Source of the DNA: Pyrodictium abyssi
Lineage (GTDB): Archaea; Thermoproteota; Thermoprotei_A; Sulfolobales; Pyrodictiaceae
Direction: 5' to 3'
NCBI RefSeq assembly: GCF_036323395.1
Contig: NZ_AP028907.1
Location: forward strand, 600,001-632,000
DNA: 32,000 bases
The translations under genes were made by a program, and so were the position numbers. Of the stretch, positions 1 to 8,681 are shown piece by piece. The notes beneath the pieces are model-generated. The model saw only the letters and a list, made by a program, of their open reading frames with translations. It was not told the origin of the DNA and made no database searches. Numbering within the stretch: the stretch's first letter is position 1; every line of letters begins with the position of its first letter.

Positions 1-49
1 GGCGTCCTGAAGCTGCTCGACAGGGTGGACTCCAGGGGAGGGCGAGGAG

Positions 50-298
50 GTGGTTGTAAGTATTAGGGGAGGGATATCCGCTCCATCCTCCGCAGGTATA
101 AGGGGGGCTCTCGGCAAGGCTAGCCTGGAGGAGCTCCTCCGACTAGAGGAGGAGGCACACCCAATGAACCACCTGGTCTACCTAGACACCAGCATCATGC
201 TGAGCATCCTCCTGGAGACAGAGAAGTACCAGGCTGCCCGGCCCAGGGAGCCCCCGGGGGATGCTATAGCAGAAGCACCCTCGTTATCTTCTCGTTGA
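50..298 (+). pseudogene. VapBC-like remnant: truncated PIN-domain (VapC-like) N-terminus preceded in frame by an antitoxin-like tail
   Basis: An internal ATG at 164 opens 'MNHLVYLDTSIMLSILLE', the typical PIN N-terminal motif (hydrophobic-LDTS). The frame stops after about 44 aa, whereas PIN domains are about 130 aa. Its 3' end overlaps the opposite-strand MazF-like gene. The upstream in-frame 'RGALGKASLEELLRLEEE' resembles a VapB/AbrB-type antitoxin C-terminus, with no stop codon between the two parts. Confidence 0.25.
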
Positions 299-575
299 CC
301 TCCTGCCTCAGCATAGGCCCGGCTTCGCCCAGCTCCCCCGCTATAAGCTTCTTGTGCAGCGTCGCTATCTTCGTGAGCTTGATCACCGAGTCCACCTTAA
401 GCCCGGTCATAGCGTACTCCGGGTGGCTGCGTGCCACGAGAACATTAGTCTCGGGGTCGTACCCTCTCTAGCCGCGACGAGATAAAGGCCACGACGACGT
501 CCCGGCCGGAGTCGTGGAGCACCAGAGCAGGCCTCAGCTTACGGCTAGAGAGATCCGTAAAGGGGAAGTATATGA
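264..575 (-). pseudogene. MazF/PemK-family toxin, disrupted by a frameshift
   Basis: My minus-strand translation gives 'KGKIVLIYFPFTDLSSRKLRPALVLHDSGRDVVVAFISSRLE', then a TAA stop. The match continues in another frame as 'YDPETNVLVARSHPEYAMTGLKVDSVIKLTKIATLHKKLIAGELGEAGPMLRQEVNEKITRVLLL*'. This is the typical MazF/PemK pattern (FPF-x-D...RPALVL...V-x-ITS...). The frame change falls near 461-467, in a CCCTCTC run. The ORF track lists no intact ORF of at least 60 aa here. Confidence 0.55.
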
Positions 576-578
576 GCA

Positions 579-728
579 CTATCTTACCCTTCCAGGGTCC
601 TCCTCCGTGTAGGCATCCGGCTCCTCCTCGAGGAACTCACGCAGGCTCTCCTCCTGGAGCCGCAGCAGCTCATACTCCTCGACAAGCTCCAGGAACCTGT
701 CAAACTTGTCGCTCACAAGCAACCCCAT
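579..728 (-). CDS. Small acidic antitoxin-like protein (49 aa) upstream of the MazF-like gene
   Basis: ATG at 728 (minus strand), preceded by GAGAGG. Translation: 'MGLLVSDKFDRFLELVEEYELLRLQEESLREFLEEEPDAYTEEDPGRVR*'. Its stop overlaps the start region of the MazF-like frame, the usual antitoxin-toxin arrangement. It is below the 60-aa cutoff of the ORF track. I do not recognise a family. Confidence 0.4.
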   Translation of the reverse strand: MGLLVSDKFDRFLELVEEYELLRLQEESLREFLEEEPDAYTEEDPGRVR

Positions 729-1166
729 AATCCTCTCAATACGCTCCCGGAGCCCCCGGCGGGTCTACACCCCGAGGAACCTCGATGACGATAGTACCCG
801 GCAAAGGAGCAGACACCCCAGCACCCGCGCCCGGATAAGCCTAGCCCACGCGCCACAGCCAGCCCTCGGCAAGTCCGCCAGCCATACTCTGCAAGGATAT
901 ATGGTATCATCACGGTATAGCGTAGCCGGTGTACTATACAGTGGCTAGGAGTAGAAACATACTGCCCTACAGCGAGCGCCTAGGAGCCTGCCCTCCCCGG
1001 GCTAGGCCTGTGTAGCAGGTGGGTCTCCTCCCGGGGGCTCCGTGGGGGCTGTTGGCGGCGCTCCTGGGGGTGCCGGGGCCCGTAGCCCCCGGTGGGCGTC
1101 TCTTGCCGGGTGTGCATGTAGGCCTTTTAGGCTGCCGGTGTACTGGTTCGGGGGTGGTGTACTGGT

Positions 1167-2303
1167 GTGACGCGCTTCCTGCTTATGACGCCGGGCCCGA
1201 CTGTGGTGGACCCGGAGGTCCTCCTGGAGCTCGCCCGGCCGACGGCGAGCCACGTGTCGCCTGAGTTCGACGAGCTGCACCGCGAGACCCTGGAGATGCT
1301 GGGGAGGGTGTTCGGCACCCGGGGGCGTGTCGTGCTCTTCCCGGGGAGCGGTACTGCTGCGATGGAGCTGGCTGTGAGGAGCGCTGTGGGCCCTGGCGAG
1401 CGGGTGCTGGTGCTCCGCGCGGGCGTGTTCGGGGACTACCTGGCCGAGGCGGCTCGGAGCGTTGGGGCTCGGGTCGACGTGGCCAGGGTGGAGCCTGGCA
1501 GGGGGTTTACGGCGTCTATGCTGGAGGAGCTCCTCTCCAGGGCCAGCTACTCCGCTGTACTGTTCCAGCACGTGGACACCTCTACCTCTGTTGCTAACCC
1601 GGTGGCCGAGCTAGCCAGAGTGGCTAGGAGGCACGGCGCCCGGGTCGTGGTCGACGGAGTGGCCTCGATAGGCGGCATGGAGATGAGGATGGACGAGTGG
1701 GGCGTGGACGTATGCTTCACGGGCTCGCAGAAAGCGCTCGCCACGCCGCCGGGCCTAGCAGTGGTGGCGTTCCGCGAGGGCTTCGAGCCCCGCAGGGACA
1801 CCTCTACCGTCTTCTTCAACGTGGAGAAGCTCCTCGCGGAGATGGAGACCACCCGGAACTACTACGTGACGCCCGCTGTGAACCTCGTGTACGGCCTCAA
1901 CAGGTCGCTCCGCCGGATAATGGAGGAGGGGCTCGAGGAGCGCTACCGCCGCCACCGGGCCCTAGCCGAGGCCGTGCAGGCGGGCCTCGAGGCCCTCGGG
2001 CTCCAGCTGGTCGCCGAGAAGCCGTTCCGGGCCCACACGGTCACCGCCGTCTACCTGCCCCAGGGCGTGGAGTGGCAGAGGCTCTACACGGAGGCCCGGA
2101 GGAGAGGCGTAGAGCTGGCCGGGGGCCTCGGCGAGCTGAAGGGCAGGGTGTTCAGGATAGGCCACATGGGGGAGACAAACGCGAACGACGTAGCCGCTAC
2201 TATGGCCGTGCTGGAGCGGGTGTTCGCTAGGCTAGGCTACAGCGTCGAGCTCGGCAAGGGCCTAGAGGCTATGCAGCAGGTCCTAGACCGGCACGGGTAC
2301 TAG
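1167..2303 (+). CDS. Class V PLP-dependent aminotransferase (alanine-glyoxylate / serine-pyruvate aminotransferase family)
   Basis: 378-aa ORF with a GTG start. The N-terminal 'LLMTPGPT', then 'FPGSGTAAME', and 'FTGSQKALATPPGLA' (PLP-binding lysine motif) are typical of the AGXT/SPT family. Confidence 0.85.
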   Translation: MTRFLLMTPGPTVVDPEVLLELARPTASHVSPEFDELHRETLEMLGRVFGTRGRVVLFPGSGTAAMELAVRSAVGPGERVLVLRAGVFGDYLAEAARSVGARVDVARVEPGRGFTASMLEELLSRASYSAVLFQHVDTSTSVANPVAELARVARRHGARVVVDGVASIGGMEMRMDEWGVDVCFTGSQKALATPPGLAVVAFREGFEPRRDTSTVFFNVEKLLAEMETTRNYYVTPAVNLVYGLNRSLRRIMEEGLEERYRRHRALAEAVQAGLEALGLQLVAEKPFRAHTVTAVYLPQGVEWQRLYTEARRRGVELAGGLGELKGRVFRIGHMGETNANDVAATMAVLERVFARLGYSVELGKGLEAMQQVLDRHGY

Positions 2304-2371
2304 GCCGGGCCCCCGGGGACCCCGGGAGGGGCGTGTGGGGCTGCGGGGGCTGCGGCCCCCGGGAGGGCGGC

Positions 2372-2800
2372 CTAGCCCTCCTCGACTATGAGCTCCTCTC
2401 TTATCTCCGGGTTGATCCTCTTTATGCTCGCGTAGACCGGGCAGCTGTTCTTGACCAGCCTGTATAGCTTCTCCGCTGTGCCGCGGTCTAGCCCGGATAC
2501 GTGTACCCGTATCTCGAGCTGCTCGAGGCCGTGGCCTAGCCGGAACCTGCCGCTGGCCTTTATCCGGACCCTGTAGGGCCTGTCTATGCCTAGCCGGCTG
2601 GCTATCATCCTGAACATGAACGCCTCGCAGGAGGCTAGGCCTGCGAGGAATAGCTCTAGCGGCGTGGGCTTGCCCTGCTCCCCGCCGTACTCTGGGGGCT
2701 CCGAGACCTCTATGGCTGCGCCGTTGCCGGTGCGTACAAGGGCTGCGGGCTTGCCCTGCTCTGCCTCTACGGCTACGGGTGGTATCCGGTGCTCCTCCAT
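2372..2800 (-). CDS. OsmC/Ohr-family peroxiredoxin-like protein
   Basis: 142 aa. 'PTPLELFLAGLASCEAFMF' and the C-terminal 'KNSCPVY' carry the two conserved cysteines of the OsmC family. The length also fits. Confidence 0.85.
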   Translation of the reverse strand: MEEHRIPPVAVEAEQGKPAALVRTGNGAAIEVSEPPEYGGEQGKPTPLELFLAGLASCEAFMFRMIASRLGIDRPYRVRIKASGRFRLGHGLEQLEIRVHVSGLDRGTAEKLYRLVKNSCPVYASIKRINPEIREELIVEEG

Positions 2801-2962
2801 TTCTCTGCTTCACCGCGAACAAAACGATGTTTACGCGAGTTAATATCCGTGGCGTCGTCCAGGCGCCCCCATGCAGCATCCCCCGGGGCATGCTCGACCC
2901 CCATTTTTACCCCGGGGACGCACCAGTACACCTAGTGTAGCCTCTACTCCCGGTGGTTCACC

Positions 2963-3523
2963 GTGCCAGCCCCGAGGCCCATGACCCTAGACGCCCTAGT
3001 CTCCGCGTTCGGCGGCGAGTCCATGGCCCACATGAGGTACCTCGTCTTCGCCGAGATAGCCGAGAGGGAGGGCTTCCCGAACGTCGCGCGGCTCTTCCGC
3101 GCAGTCGCGTTCGCGGAGCAGGTCCACGCCCGGAACCACTTCGAGCGGCTCCGCGGCCTAGACATCGAGGCCAAGGTGGTCGCCGGCGCCCCCTTCGGCC
3201 CCGGCTCGACCAGCGAGAACCTCGAGAAGGCTATACGCGGCGAGGAGTTCGAGGTAGAGGAGATGTACCCGGCCTACATCGCGGTCGCGGAGCAGCAGGG
3301 GGAGCAGCAGGCAGCGCTCAGCTTCCGCTGGGCCCTGGAGGCCGAGAAGACGCACGCCCAGCTCTTCCGCCGCGCCAAGGAGGCCGTGGACCGGGGCGAG
3401 GACCTAGCAGTAGACGGCTACGTGTGGGTGTGCCCAGTCTGCGGCCACACCCACGTGGGCCCCGAGCCCCCGGGCCGGTGCCCGATATGCGGTGCCCCCG
3501 GCGATAGGTACGCCAGGTTCTAG
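2963..3523 (+). CDS. Rubrerythrin
   Basis: 186 aa. It has a ferritin-like diiron domain ('GESMAHMRYLVFAEIAEREG', 'FAEQVHARNH', 'GEEFEVEEMYP', 'ALEAEKTHAQLF') and a C-terminal rubredoxin-type CxxC...CxxC motif ('CPVCGH...CPICGA'). Confidence 0.9.
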   Translation: MPAPRPMTLDALVSAFGGESMAHMRYLVFAEIAEREGFPNVARLFRAVAFAEQVHARNHFERLRGLDIEAKVVAGAPFGPGSTSENLEKAIRGEEFEVEEMYPAYIAVAEQQGEQQAALSFRWALEAEKTHAQLFRRAKEAVDRGEDLAVDGYVWVCPVCGHTHVGPEPPGRCPICGAPGDRYARF

Positions 3524-3628
3524 CCTCCTCCCCCAAGGGGCCGGGGGTTCACTAGGTTCATATAGGGGGTTCTCGGCGGCGGGCTCCCCCGAGGGTCCAT
3601 CTGATAGTATCACCTTTTATCATAGTAC

Positions 3629-6600
3629 ATGGGGCTGTATACGCTGAGCGTGGGGACTGACGCTGCCTTGAAGCCTGGAGGCACAGGCCTGGGCGGGGCC
3701 GGCGGCGTAGAGCCGGCCCGGGGTGTCTACGTTTACTCCTGCCCCAACTGCGGCGGCCCCGTGGGCGACGATAGGCTCCTCCTCGGCCTCCCGTGCCCCC
3801 GCTGCCTCCCAGAGCGCGTGGCCGCGGAGACCCCGCTGGACGTTGCGGAGGCCCTGGCTAAGGCGGGGAGCCTGAGGCGGGGGAGCCCGCTAGAGTTCTA
3901 CGCGCGGGTCGAGAGGGAGGCGCGGGAGGTCGAGGCGCTGTTCGAGAAGGCTACCGGGTCCCGGCTGTGGAGCGCGCAGCGTACCTGGGTGCGCCGCGTC
4001 CTCAAGGGGAAGAGCTTCGCCGCTATAGCGCCGACCGGCGTGGGTAAGACCACGTTCGGCGTCCTCATGGCTGTCTACTTCGCGCTGCGGGGCGAGAAGA
4101 GCTACATAGTGGTGCCAACCACGCCGCTGGTGCGGATGGTCGAGGAGAGGGCCCGGAGGCTAGCGGACGCAGCGGGCGTCCCGGCCCGGATAGTCGCGCT
4201 CCATAGCCGGCTATCGCAGCGGCAGAGGAGGCAGCTGCTACAGCGCGTCGAGGAGGGCGACTTCGACATACTGATAACGACCAGCCAGTACATGATAAGG
4301 AACGCTGAGGCCCTCGCAGGGCTCCGGGAGAGGTGGGGCCGGGGCTTCCGCTTCGTATTCGTGGACGACGTGGACGCGGTGCTGAAGAGCGGTAAGAGCG
4401 TAGACGCGGTGCTACGGGTCGTCGGCTTCGGCCGGGAGGAGGTCGAGCTTGGCTGGCAGCTGCTGCAGCTACAGCGCCGCCTGGTATGGGAGGCACAGAG
4501 GGCGCAGCAGGAGTTCAACAGGAGGCTCCAGCGGCTACGCGAGGCGGCGAGGAAGCGGGGCCGCAGGATAAGCGCAGAGGAGGTCAGGGAGCTGCGGAAG
4601 CGGGTGTTCGAGGAGAGGCTGGAGCCCCTCTACCGGAAGCTACGCGGGGTCGAGGAGAGGCTCGAGGAGGCCCGCTCCAGGGCAGCCGTGCTCGTCGTAA
4701 GCAGCGCCACCGGGAGGCCTAGGGGCAGCAGGGTCAGGCTATTCCAGGCGCTGCTAGGCTTTCAGGCCGGCTCCGCAGGGGAGGCGATAAGGAACATCGT
4801 CGACGCCTACACGTTCCCCGGCCCCGAGGGCCTCGAGGCCACGGTGGCCGAGCTCGTAGCGAAGCTCGGCGATGGCGGCCTAGTCTACGTGCCGGTCGAC
4901 CGGGGCGCCGAGTACGCTGAGAGGCTCGCCGAGCTGCTACGCGAGCACGGCGTGGCCGCCGAGGCGTTCACCTCCCGGAACCAGGAGGCGCTAGACCGGT
5001 TCCGGGCAGGGGAGACCCAGGTCCTCGTAGGCGTAGCCGTCTACTACGGCGTGGCCGTTAGGGGCCTCGACCTGCCGGACAGGATACGCTACGCGGTCTT
5101 CGCCGGTGTGCCCCGGCTAAAGTTCAGCGCCCGGTTCGAGGACCCGCACCCCGTCAGCATGCTCCGCGCTCTAGCGGTCCTAGCCGAGCACGGGCCCAGG
5201 GACGTGGCTGAGCGGGCCCAGGCGCTGCTGGGCAGGCTACGGGGCATCGTGAGGAGGCTGAGCCAGGCCGCGCTCGCCAGGGTCGCGGAGGAGCTGAGGG
5301 GCGAAAGGCCCCTGGAGAGCGACGCCGCCAGAGCCTTCGCGGAGGCGCTGGAGTGGCTCCGCGAGACCATGAGGAGGGAGGACGTCTGGCGGGCGCTGGA
5401 GGAGGCCGACGACATAGCCGTGGTCCGGGAGGGCGACCGCGCCTACATACTGGTCCCCGACGTGGCGACCTACATCCAGGCCTCGGGCAGGACTAGCAGG
5501 CTCTTCGCGGGCGGTATAACCCGTGGCCTAAGCGTCGTGGTGGCCGACGACCCGAGGCTCCTCAACGGCCTCATGAGGAGGACCCGGTGGCTGGTCGAGG
5601 CCGAGTGGAAGAGGTTCGAGGAGCTCGACCTACCGGCTCTGCTGCGGGAGATAAACAGGGACAGGGAGCGGGTCAGAGCCGTCATCGAAGGCAGGGTGAA
5701 GCCGGAGGCCATGGAGCTGGTGAAGACGGCGCTCCTCGTGGTCGAGAGCCCGAACAAGGCCCGCACAATAGCCGGGTTCTTCGGGAGGCCCAGCGCCCGG
5801 CAGATAGGCCCCCTGAGGGTCTACGAGGTCTCCACCGGCGACTACGTCCTACTCGTAGCGGCGAGCGGCGGCCACATCTACGACCTGGTGAAGCCCGCGA
5901 CACCCCAGGAGGTTGTGGAGCCTAGCTGGCTCCTCGACCTCCTAGAGGGCTCGGTGGAGGGCTACGACTGGAGCAGCGCCCGCAACGTGCACGGCGTGCT
6001 CGTAGCCGGGGGCGGTGAGCAGCGGTTCCTCCCGGTCTACACGCCGCTAGCCCGCTGCCTAGCGTGCGGCCACCAGTGGGCGGTGAGCCCCGAGGACTAC
6101 AACCCGGTGACGGGCAGGGGCGAGCTACGCTGCCCGGTGTGCGGCTCGCCGCTGGTGAAGAACAGCTGGGAGATCGTGGAGGCACTCCGGGACCTGGCCA
6201 GCGAAGTAGACGTGGTCATGATAGGCACTGACCCGGACACGGAGGGCGAGAAGATAGGCTGGGACCTGGCCAGCCTGATACGGCCCACAGCCCGGGGCAT
6301 AGTGAGGGTAGAGTTCCACGAGATAACCCGCCGCGCGATACTTGAGGCCATCCACAGCGCCCGCCCGTTCCTCGAGAGGCTAGTCGAAGCCCAGATAGTC
6401 AGGAGGGTCGAGGACCGCTGGATAGGCTTCACGCTGAGCCCGGTGCTCTGGACCCGGTTCTGGCCCTGGTTCTGCCGCTGGAGCCTAGAGGCCCGGCACC
6501 GTAGCGCCCGCCGCAACCTGAAGACCGCGGCAGCTATGCTGAACGCGATGGAGCGGATGGCCCGGCTCCGCGAGGAGTGCAGCAGGCCCAACTACAACCT

Positions 6601-7936
6601 CAGCGCCGGCCGCGTCCAGACCCCGGTGCTCGGCTGGATAGTGGAGCACACGCTGGGCAGCAGGTTCCTCAGGGTACCGCTCTACCGGCTACGCCTACGC
6701 GGCGACCAGGGCGAGCTAGAGGTCGAGCTACGGGGCGACGAGGCTAGCGACAGGATACGCTCCGCGCTGGAGGAGGCCCGGCGGGCGCTCGAAGAGGCCC
6801 TCCGGAGGCACAGCGTGCTAGAGAGCCTCGACGAGCTAGAGGCTGTGCGGCGCCGCAAGGCCCGGGTGATAAGGGAGGTCAACGAGGCCCTAGAGCGCGG
6901 CGGCGCGGTCAAGGCCACTGTGGGCGGCGTGGAGGAGTGGGAGGACGAGCTGAAGCCCCTGCCGCCGTTCACCACCGACGCGCTGCTAGCCGAGGCCGCG
7001 TCGAGGCTCGGCCTACCAGCCCCCGAGGCCATGAGGATCGCCCAGGACCTGTTCGAGCTGGGTCTCATAACCTATCACCGTACCGACAGCACCAGGGTAA
7101 GCGACGCGGGCATAGCCGTGGCTAGGGAGTACCTCCGCTACCGCTACGGCGAGGAGCGGCTCGAGGAGGTGTTCCAGCCCCGGCGCTGGGGCGAGGGCGG
7201 AGCCCACGAGGCGATAAGGCCCACCAGGCCTATCGACGCTGAGACCCTCCGCCGCCTAGTGGAGGAGGGCGCCCTCCAGCTAGCCAGGCCGCTGACCCAG
7301 CGCCACTACCGGCTCTACGACCTGGTCTTCCGCAGGTTCATAGCGAGCCAGATGCGGCCGGCCAGGGTGAGGAGGCAGCGCGCGAGGATAACGCTCGAGG
7401 TCCGGCTGCCCGGCGAGCAGCCCAAGAGCATCGAGCGCGTCGAGGAGAGGATAGTCGAGGTCCTGGAGCCGGGCTGGCTCGACGTCTACCCGGCGGCGAG
7501 GCCGCAGCCCAGGCCAGCCCCTGGCGAGTACCGGCTAGAGGAGCTACGGGTCCGCGTATGGAGCCCAGTACAGCTACTGACACAGGCGGAGGTAGTCCGG
7601 ATGATGAAGGAGCGCGGCATAGGCAGGCCGAGCACCTACGCCAAGATAATAGACACACTGCTACGCCGCGGCTACACCGTTGCAGCCGGCCGGGCCGGCT
7701 CGATGATAGCGACTAGCAGGGGTATAGGCGTCTACGACTTCCTAATGAAGCGGTTCGGCGGCCTAGTCTCGGAGGAGGTGACCCGGAGGCTACAGGAGAC
7801 CATGGACCGTATCGAGGAGGGCCTCGTAGACTACCAGCGCGTCCTAGAGGAGGTCCTAGAGAAGCTCCGCGAAGCCCTCTACAGCCCCGAGAGCGGCCTA
7901 CCCCCGGAGGAGGCCCGCCGCCTACTACCAGTCTAG
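3629..7936 (+). CDS. rgy: Reverse gyrase (helicase-like domain fused to a type IA topoisomerase)
   Basis: 1435-aa ORF. It has an N-terminal zinc finger 'CPNCGG...CPRC', Walker A 'APTGVGKT', 'VDDVDA' (DEAD-like) and 'SSATG'. The Toprim region is 'LLVVESPNKA...GTDPDTEGEKI' with an embedded 'CLACGH...CPVCGS' zinc finger. The catalytic tyrosine motif is 'ITYHRTDSTRVS'. A TTTTATCA TATA-like element at 3615-3622 lies only a few nt before the ATG at 3629. The in-frame GTG at 3650 is therefore a plausible near-leaderless alternative start. Confidence 0.95.
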   Translation: MGLYTLSVGTDAALKPGGTGLGGAGGVEPARGVYVYSCPNCGGPVGDDRLLLGLPCPRCLPERVAAETPLDVAEALAKAGSLRRGSPLEFYARVEREAREVEALFEKATGSRLWSAQRTWVRRVLKGKSFAAIAPTGVGKTTFGVLMAVYFALRGEKSYIVVPTTPLVRMVEERARRLADAAGVPARIVALHSRLSQRQRRQLLQRVEEGDFDILITTSQYMIRNAEALAGLRERWGRGFRFVFVDDVDAVLKSGKSVDAVLRVVGFGREEVELGWQLLQLQRRLVWEAQRAQQEFNRRLQRLREAARKRGRRISAEEVRELRKRVFEERLEPLYRKLRGVEERLEEARSRAAVLVVSSATGRPRGSRVRLFQALLGFQAGSAGEAIRNIVDAYTFPGPEGLEATVAELVAKLGDGGLVYVPVDRGAEYAERLAELLREHGVAAEAFTSRNQEALDRFRAGETQVLVGVAVYYGVAVRGLDLPDRIRYAVFAGVPRLKFSARFEDPHPVSMLRALAVLAEHGPRDVAERAQALLGRLRGIVRRLSQAALARVAEELRGERPLESDAARAFAEALEWLRETMRREDVWRALEEADDIAVVREGDRAYILVPDVATYIQASGRTSRLFAGGITRGLSVVVADDPRLLNGLMRRTRWLVEAEWKRFEELDLPALLREINRDRERVRAVIEGRVKPEAMELVKTALLVVESPNKARTIAGFFGRPSARQIGPLRVYEVSTGDYVLLVAASGGHIYDLVKPATPQEVVEPSWLLDLLEGSVEGYDWSSARNVHGVLVAGGGEQRFLPVYTPLARCLACGHQWAVSPEDYNPVTGRGELRCPVCGSPLVKNSWEIVEALRDLASEVDVVMIGTDPDTEGEKIGWDLASLIRPTARGIVRVEFHEITRRAILEAIHSARPFLERLVEAQIVRRVEDRWIGFTLSPVLWTRFWPWFCRWSLEARHRSARRNLKTAAAMLNAMERMARLREECSRPNYNLSAGRVQTPVLGWIVEHTLGSRFLRVPLYRLRLRGDQGELEVELRGDEASDRIRSALEEARRALEEALRRHSVLESLDELEAVRRRKARVIREVNEALERGGAVKATVGGVEEWEDELKPLPPFTTDALLAEAASRLGLPAPEAMRIAQDLFELGLITYHRTDSTRVSDAGIAVAREYLRYRYGEERLEEVFQPRRWGEGGAHEAIRPTRPIDAETLRRLVEEGALQLARPLTQRHYRLYDLVFRRFIASQMRPARVRRQRARITLEVRLPGEQPKSIERVEERIVEVLEPGWLDVYPAARPQPRPAPGEYRLEELRVRVWSPVQLLTQAEVVRMMKERGIGRPSTYAKIIDTLLRRGYTVAAGRAGSMIATSRGIGVYDFLMKRFGGLVSEEVTRRLQETMDRIEEGLVDYQRVLEEVLEKLREALYSPESGLPPEEARRLLPV

Positions 7937-8038
7937 CCCCCGGGGCCCGCCCACAGCCACCCTTTAGCCCCGGAGGACACGGCCAGGAGGCCTATAGGAT
8001 GACCGACCAGTAGTATACCGCCAGGGGGCTGGGCCGCG

Positions 8039-8569
8039 TTGGGCTCCATTGACGCCTCTGTGCTCGAGAAGCCGCTGCCCAAGCCGGAGAGGAGCCTGGT
8101 GGGCTACGCTTCTGCCCGTGTCCTGGAGGCTCTGCTTGAGGCTTTGCTGGCTCTCGAGTTCCTCGAGAGGGGCTACACCAGGAACGCTGCCGGCAAAGCG
8201 TTCCAGGCGTGGCGGGCGCTAATAGCCGCGATACTAGCGCTCGAACGAGACAGAATAGCCGAGAAACTGGGCGATAAGGAGAGGAAATGGCTCCTAGAGA
8301 GGGCTGTGGCAAGGCTCCCGACTACCCAGCTGCGCCCCCTAGCGAGGCTCGTGGAGGAGGCCGGATATCCCTACTACGATCCCCTCACAGACAAGGCTCT
8401 CAACCTCCACGACTACCAGTACCACGGTCCAGACCCCGACATGGCGCTGAGCAAGTATCGTAGCAGGGAGGAGGCGGCCTGGGACATACTCTACATCCTG
8501 GGGAAGCTAGCGGAGATTGTGGAAGAGAGGGTGAAGCCCAGGCTAGAGGAGGAGGGCAAAGTGGGCTAG
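8039..8569 (+). CDS. PaREP1-like family protein, copy A (C-terminal tail lost by frameshift)
   Basis: 176 aa with a TTG start. It is all-helical by composition. 'FLERGYTRNAAGKAFQAWRALIAA' and 'ALNLHDYQYHG' match the pattern I recall for archaeal PaREP1/PaREP8 proteins. It is a clear paralogue of 26966..27538. See the finding on the +1-frame tail at 8562-8624. Confidence 0.5.
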   Translation: MGSIDASVLEKPLPKPERSLVGYASARVLEALLEALLALEFLERGYTRNAAGKAFQAWRALIAAILALERDRIAEKLGDKERKWLLERAVARLPTTQLRPLARLVEEAGYPYYDPLTDKALNLHDYQYHGPDPDMALSKYRSREEAAWDILYILGKLAEIVEERVKPRLEEEGKVG

Positions 8570-8681
8570 GGAGCATGCCCAGGCGCTGGACATGCTGAGA
8601 AGGGCTCTAGAACGGCGGCCGTAGCGCCGAGTGGCCAGCCCCGGTAGGGTCTACCGCGGGCCGCGGGGGCTCGCCCCGCGC

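Noticed and set aside
1002-1571. Long Arg/Pro/Gly/Ala-rich ORFs antisense to, or off-frame within, real genes (for example 1002-1571-, 1697-2230+, 2283-2891-, 2953-3507+, 4065-4518-, 8566-9279-, 12394-12951+, 18479-18814-, 19801-20286-, 20884-21459-, 22454-23218+)
   Set aside because: These are typical spurious open frames of high-GC DNA. They have low-complexity R/P/G/A composition, no recognisable motifs, and each overlaps a well-supported gene in another frame.
2337-2368. Tandem GGGGCTGCG x2 and repeated CCCGGGAGGG between the convergent aminotransferase and osmC genes
   Set aside because: These are very short, GC-rich low-complexity repeats. They sit in a convergent intergenic spacer of a genome where CCCGGG/GGGGC strings are abundant. 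Nothing distinguishes them from compositional noise.
3629-7936. Intein as the explanation for the 1435-aa reverse gyrase
   Set aside because: I found no intein block motifs: no Cys/Ser-started splicing domain, no LAGLIDADG or HNH homing-endonuclease block, and no terminal HN followed by Cys/Ser/Thr. The extra length consists of charged helical inserts contiguous with conserved motifs.
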